Positions 59,905-64,000 of a stretch of 64,000 bases of DNA are shown here, piece after piece (position 1 is the first letter of the stretch; every line of letters starts with the position of its first letter). The stretch is from assembly GCA_963734545.1 (NCBI GenBank), contig CAVTHO010000005.1, forward strand, positions 352,001-416,000. Reading direction: 5' to 3'. Made by a program: the position numbers and the translations under genes. Below the pieces are notes generated by a model. It had not been told where the DNA came from. It was given only the letters and a program-made list of their open reading frames with translations, and ran no database searches. The DNA comes from an uncultured Spirochaetota bacterium (lineage in GTDB: Bacteria > Spirochaetota > Spirochaetia > SZUA-6 > Fen-1364).

Positions 59905-60846
59905 ATGCCCGTCTCGACCGATGCCGTCATCGAAGTCCGCGATGTCTCGAAGAGCTACGGTCCGCTCCGGGCGGTGAACTGCCTGAGCTTTACGGTGGGG
60001 CGTTCCACCTGCGTGGGGCTCCTGGGGCCGAACGGGGCGGGGAAGACGACCATGATGAAAATGATCTATGCCAAGTGCCTCCGCGATCGGGGGACGGGCT
60101 CTTCTATCCTTGTTTTCGGTCACGACCCCGCGCGCAACGAGCTTGATATCAAGTTCCTCTCCGGTGTGGTTCCCCAGGAGGACAACCTCGACGAGGAGCT
60201 CGATGTCCGGCAGAACCTCTTCGTGTACGCGCGTCTCTATGGCATGCAGAAGCGCGCCGCCGGGCTGCGGATCGGCGAGCTGCTGGAGTTCATGGAGCTG
60301 GGAGAGAAACGGGCTGTGAAGATCAAGGAGCTGTCAGGAGGAATGAAGCGGAGGCTCATCATTGCCCGGGCGCTGCTCAACAGTCCGCGCCTTCTCATTC
60401 TCGATGAGCCGACCACCGGTCTTGACCCCCAGGTGCGGCACCTGATTTGGGACAAGCTGCGCCAGCTCAAGCGGGAGGGCCTGACGATCCTCCTGACCAC
60501 TCACTACATGGAAGAGGCTGCCCAGATCTGCGACTCGGTGCTCATCATGCACAAGGGGGTCAAGGTGATGGAGGGGGCACCGGCGCAGCTCGTGCGGACC
60601 CGGATCGAGCGCTACGTGATGGAGGCGCGTCATCGGGACTCTTTTCCCCGCGTCGCGGAGTTTCTCTCCGGCCTGCCGGTGCGGATGGATGCCGCGATGG
60701 ATTCCCTGCGTTTCTACTCCCCACAGGATGGCGCGCTTCGCGAGCTGGCTGCGCGGCTGGGCCCGGGTGAATACCAGTTCAGGGAGACCAATCTCGAAGA
60801 CCTTTTTCTCCAGGCAACGGGGAGCGCGCTCGGTGATCAGCAGTAG
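59905..60846 (+). CDS. NodI-like ABC exporter ATPase
   Basis: GPNGAGKTT, GVVPQEDNLD, LSGGMKRRL, DEPTTGLDPQVRHLIW, TTHYMEEA. Confidence 0.9.
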   Translation: MPVSTDAVIEVRDVSKSYGPLRAVNCLSFTVGRSTCVGLLGPNGAGKTTMMKMIYAKCLRDRGTGSSILVFGHDPARNELDIKFLSGVVPQEDNLDEELDVRQNLFVYARLYGMQKRAAGLRIGELLEFMELGEKRAVKIKELSGGMKRRLIIARALLNSPRLLILDEPTTGLDPQVRHLIWDKLRQLKREGLTILLTTHYMEEAAQICDSVLIMHKGVKVMEGAPAQLVRTRIERYVMEARHRDSFPRVAEFLSGLPVRMDAAMDSLRFYSPQDGALRELAARLGPGEYQFRETNLEDLFLQATGSALGDQQ

Positions 60847-61615
60847 GACGCACCCTCCGTTCGCCGGCCGGGTCCTCGCCGTCTGGTACCGACACTACCG
60901 GGTCTATACAAAGAATCTCATCAGCAACGGTCTCCCGCCGTTCCTCGAGCCGCTCATTTTCCTGGCAGGAATCGGCCTGGGAATGGGAAAGTACGTGACC
61001 CGCATGGAGAACCTGCCCTACATCGTATTCCTGGCAACGGGGCTTCCCATCACGGCCGCGATGTTCACGGCTGCGTTCGAGTGCACGTTCGGGACTTTCA
61101 TCAGGCTGGAGTTCGACAAGGTATACGACGGGATGCTGGCCGCGCCCATTTCCGCCAACGACCTCCTGATCGGGGAAATACTCTGGGCGGGGACAAAGGG
61201 CCTTTTCTTCGCCCTGGCGGTCATCAGCGTCGAAGCGATCTTCGGGATCGTTCCGATGCCGCTCAGCCTTCTCTCGGGCATCGTCGGTTTTCTCACCGGA
61301 CTGATGTTCGCCACGATTGCCCTCCTTGTCACGTCCTTCGTCTCCACCATCAACCAGTTCAATTTCTTCTTCACCGGTTTCCTTTCGCCCATGTTCTTTT
61401 TCTCGGGCGTGGTCTTCCCCATCGACAACCTGCCGGCCGTTCTTCGGCCGGTGGCCGAGATCTTTCCCCTCACGCACTCCGTGCGCATGGCGCGCGCGCT
61501 CGACCTGGGCGTTGTGTCGAGCCAGCTCGCCATCGACCTCGCCTGTATTCTCGGTTTCACTGGTATCGCGGGCTATTTCGCCATTCGGCGGCTGAAAAGG
61601 AAGCTCATACAATAG
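60833..61615 (+). CDS. NodJ-like ABC-2 permease
   Basis: LEPLIFLAGIGLGMG, FECTFGTFIR, PMFFFSGVVFP, PLTHSV. Confidence 0.88.
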   Translation: MISSRTHPPFAGRVLAVWYRHYRVYTKNLISNGLPPFLEPLIFLAGIGLGMGKYVTRMENLPYIVFLATGLPITAAMFTAAFECTFGTFIRLEFDKVYDGMLAAPISANDLLIGEILWAGTKGLFFALAVISVEAIFGIVPMPLSLLSGIVGFLTGLMFATIALLVTSFVSTINQFNFFFTGFLSPMFFFSGVVFPIDNLPAVLRPVAEIFPLTHSVRMARALDLGVVSSQLAIDLACILGFTGIAGYFAIRRLKRKLIQ

Positions 61616-63223
61616 ATGGACGGCGACTTCATTCTTTTCAACGGCAGCTTTCATACAATGGAGGCCGCGGCACCACGGGCCTCTGCCATTGCAGTCCGCG
61701 ACGGGCGCATCCACAGCGTGGGGGACCATGCGGGAGTGCGCGCCGCGGTGGGCGGCGCGCGAGGGACCCGGTCCCTGGATCTCCAGGGCAGATGCGTCCT
61801 GCCCGGGCTCACCGACTCCCACCTGCATTTCAAGTGGTTCGCGGAATCGCTTGCCGCGGTGGACGTGGAGACCGCGACGCTGGATGAGGCAGTTGCCCGG
61901 GTACGCGCGCGCGCCGAAGAGGCGGGGCCCGGCGCGTGGATCACCGGCAGCGGATGGAACCACAATGTATGGGGAACAGGTGCGCTGCCGAACCTCGGGC
62001 CGCTGGACAGGGCGGCGCCGCGCAATCCCGTTGCCCTCCAGGCCAAGAGCGGACACGCCCTCTGGGTGAACTACCCTGGCGCTGCAGAAGGCGGGTATCC
62101 GGCTGGAGACTCCTGACCCGGAAGGCGGAAAGATCGCGCACGGAAAGGACGGCATGCCTTCAGGAGTTCTTCTGGAAAACGCGACCGACCTCGTGCACGC
62201 CGTCATCCCGAAGCCCTCTCCGGCCGATCTCGCGCGTCTGATGCAAAAGGCCCAGGCTGCGGCCCACAGGCTCGGACTGACCGGCGTGCACGACTTCGAC
62301 AGCTCACTCGCGCTGCAGGCGGTTCGTCGAGCTGGAGAGCACGGGAGAGCTTGCCCTGCGGGTGCGTGAAGGGCATACCGCACGAGCACTTGTCCGCCGC
62401 CATTGCGCTGGGCATGCGCACGGGATTTGGCGGGGAGCTCCTCAGGCTCGGTCAGGTCAAGATGTTCGCCGACGGGGCGCTGGGGCCGCAGACGGCATGG
62501 ATGCTCGCCCCTTACGAGGGAAGCTGGGCAACCGGGATCCCGACCTTGAGCGAGGAACAGCTTTTTGCCGACATCCGCCGGGCAAACGAGGCGGGAATCG
62601 CCTGCGCCGTGCACGCCATTGGAGATGCGGCCTGTCACATGGTCCTGAACGCGTTCGAAAAGGCGCACGCGGCCTCCGGGGCCGGCGGGGTGCCGCGCGG
62701 GCTGCGGAATCGAATCGAGCACGTCCAGCTCCTGCACCCCGAGGACCTCGCCCGGCTTGCCCGGCTGGGGATCGTCGCCTCCATGCAGCCGCTGCATGCC
62801 ACCTCCGACATGTTGATTGCGGAACGCCACTGGGGCGCGCGCTGCGCGGGGGCCTACGCGTGGAGGTCGCTCCTGGATGCGGGCACCACGCTTGCCTTTG
62901 GCTCTGATTGCCCCGTGGAGATCCCTGACCCTCTTGCCGGCATCCACGCGGCCGTCACGCGCCGTCGTGCGGACGGGAGCCCCGGGCCCGGGGGGTGGCG
63001 GCCTGAGCAGAGACTGAGCGTGGAACAGGCCGTGCGCGCCTACACCGTGGGCGCGGCGTTCGCCGCCGGTCGGGAAAAGGAGCTGGGGTCCATCGCGCCG
63101 GGCAAGCTGGCCGATCTGACCGTGCTGGACCGCGACATCTTTTCAATCGATCCGCACGAGATTCGAAATACCAGGGTCAGTGCCACCGTGGTCGGAGGAA
63201 AGCTCGTCTACAGCGCCCTCTGA
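61616..63223 (+). CDS. YtcJ-like amidohydrolase (Amidohydro_3), broken by ~3 indels (~62072, ~62321, ~62364)
   Basis: PGLTDSHLH, KMFADGALG, HAIGD, RIEHVQ, FGSDCP, GSIAPGKLAD. Confidence 0.85.
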
Positions 63224-63301
63224 CATGAGGGGCGGAGACAGCGTGCCGGGCAGCGGGGCCATGCTTTTCCGCCTCTCCTCCCCATGATAGAGTCATCCGC
63301 C

Positions 63302-63928
63302 ATGGCCAGCGAGATTTTCACGATATTCCTTGCCGTGTTCATCGTGGTCGACCCTTTCGGAATAGTCCCGGTTTTCATTTCCCTCACTTCCTCTCTTCCG
63401 CCGGGACGCAAGCACATCACCATACTCAAGGCGATCAGCGTGGCCTTCGTCGTCCTGTGCGTGTTCATATTCACGGGCGGCGCAATACTGCGTTTTCTCG
63501 GCATCCAGCCGGGATCGTTCTTCATCGCGGGCGGGATCCTCATGTTCATCGTGTCCATGGACCTGCTCCTCGGTAAGCCGGGAAGGACCAAGACCTCCGG
63601 CGAGGAGAAGGGCGAGCAGCGTGACGACGTTTCGATCTTCCCGCTCGCCATTCCCATGCTGGCCGGGCCCGGCACGATCACCACTATCCTGCTCTACGCG
63701 AGCGAGGAGAAGATCCCCGGCTTCATCCTGCCCGTGCTGGTCGGCTCCGTGGCACTGGCCCTGGCATTCGCGGGGGTGACGATGTTTCTCAGCTCTTTCT
63801 TCCTGCGCGTCCTTGGCAGGACCGGTGTCTCGGTGATCGAGCGGATAATGGGAATCGTGCTCACCGGGCTCTCCGTGCAGTTCGTCTACGACGGCCTGTT
63901 GAAGCTGGGCGTCCTCACGGCACGCTGA
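63302..63928 (+). CDS. MarC-family membrane protein
   Basis: IVVDPFG, IAGGIL, FPLAIPMLAGPG, ERIMG. Confidence 0.93.
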   Translation: MASEIFTIFLAVFIVVDPFGIVPVFISLTSSLPPGRKHITILKAISVAFVVLCVFIFTGGAILRFLGIQPGSFFIAGGILMFIVSMDLLLGKPGRTKTSGEEKGEQRDDVSIFPLAIPMLAGPGTITTILLYASEEKIPGFILPVLVGSVALALAFAGVTMFLSSFFLRVLGRTGVSVIERIMGIVLTGLSVQFVYDGLLKLGVLTAR

Positions 63929-64000
63929 TCCGCCTGACGGCGGCGCGCTGGTATTCAGCCGGCGCGACGCTCCGCGAGAAAGCTCCCGAGATACCGCGCC

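Overview
GC-rich bacterial chromosomal segment, most likely from a spirochaete (Spirochaetia). Three features support this: the co-oriented DUF721/DciA-rpmH-rnpA-yidD-yidC-jag order, a Treponema-like L34 C-terminus (..SDEKKPY), and a Treponema/kinetoplastid-type GAPDH. The window probably starts just downstream of the dnaA-dnaN region. It is mostly housekeeping: purA, gap, pncB, dcd, lon, uvrC, and a long minus-strand run pyrG-lptCAB-rpoN-hpf-hprK-ptsH-DUF4390-ntrY-ntrX-lexA-holA, plus tRNA-Ala(CGC) and tRNA-Leu(CAG). At least nine single-base indels split otherwise intact genes, which looks like long-read consensus error. Most notable observations: (1) pyrG has a sigma70-type promoter with no Shine-Dalgarno (SD) and a CCCC run in the start-site window directly before ATG. 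Several nearby genes look leaderless, so this suggests CTP-sensing by start-site selection. (2) A 2.56-kb islet with no integrase, bounded by a 59-bp tRNA-Leu duplication, carries a DUF4419 protein with an SMI1/KNR4-like tail plus DUF1810, a candidate conflict or defence module. (3) Two 5'-truncated genes (RCC1-repeat and beta-barrel) are joined back to back at about 54,320. (4) A YghO/ceramide-synthase-like GNAT gene heads a NodIJ-type exporter operon. (5) Several hairpin-bearing intergenic repeats occur. All family assignments come from recognising motifs by eye; no searches were run.
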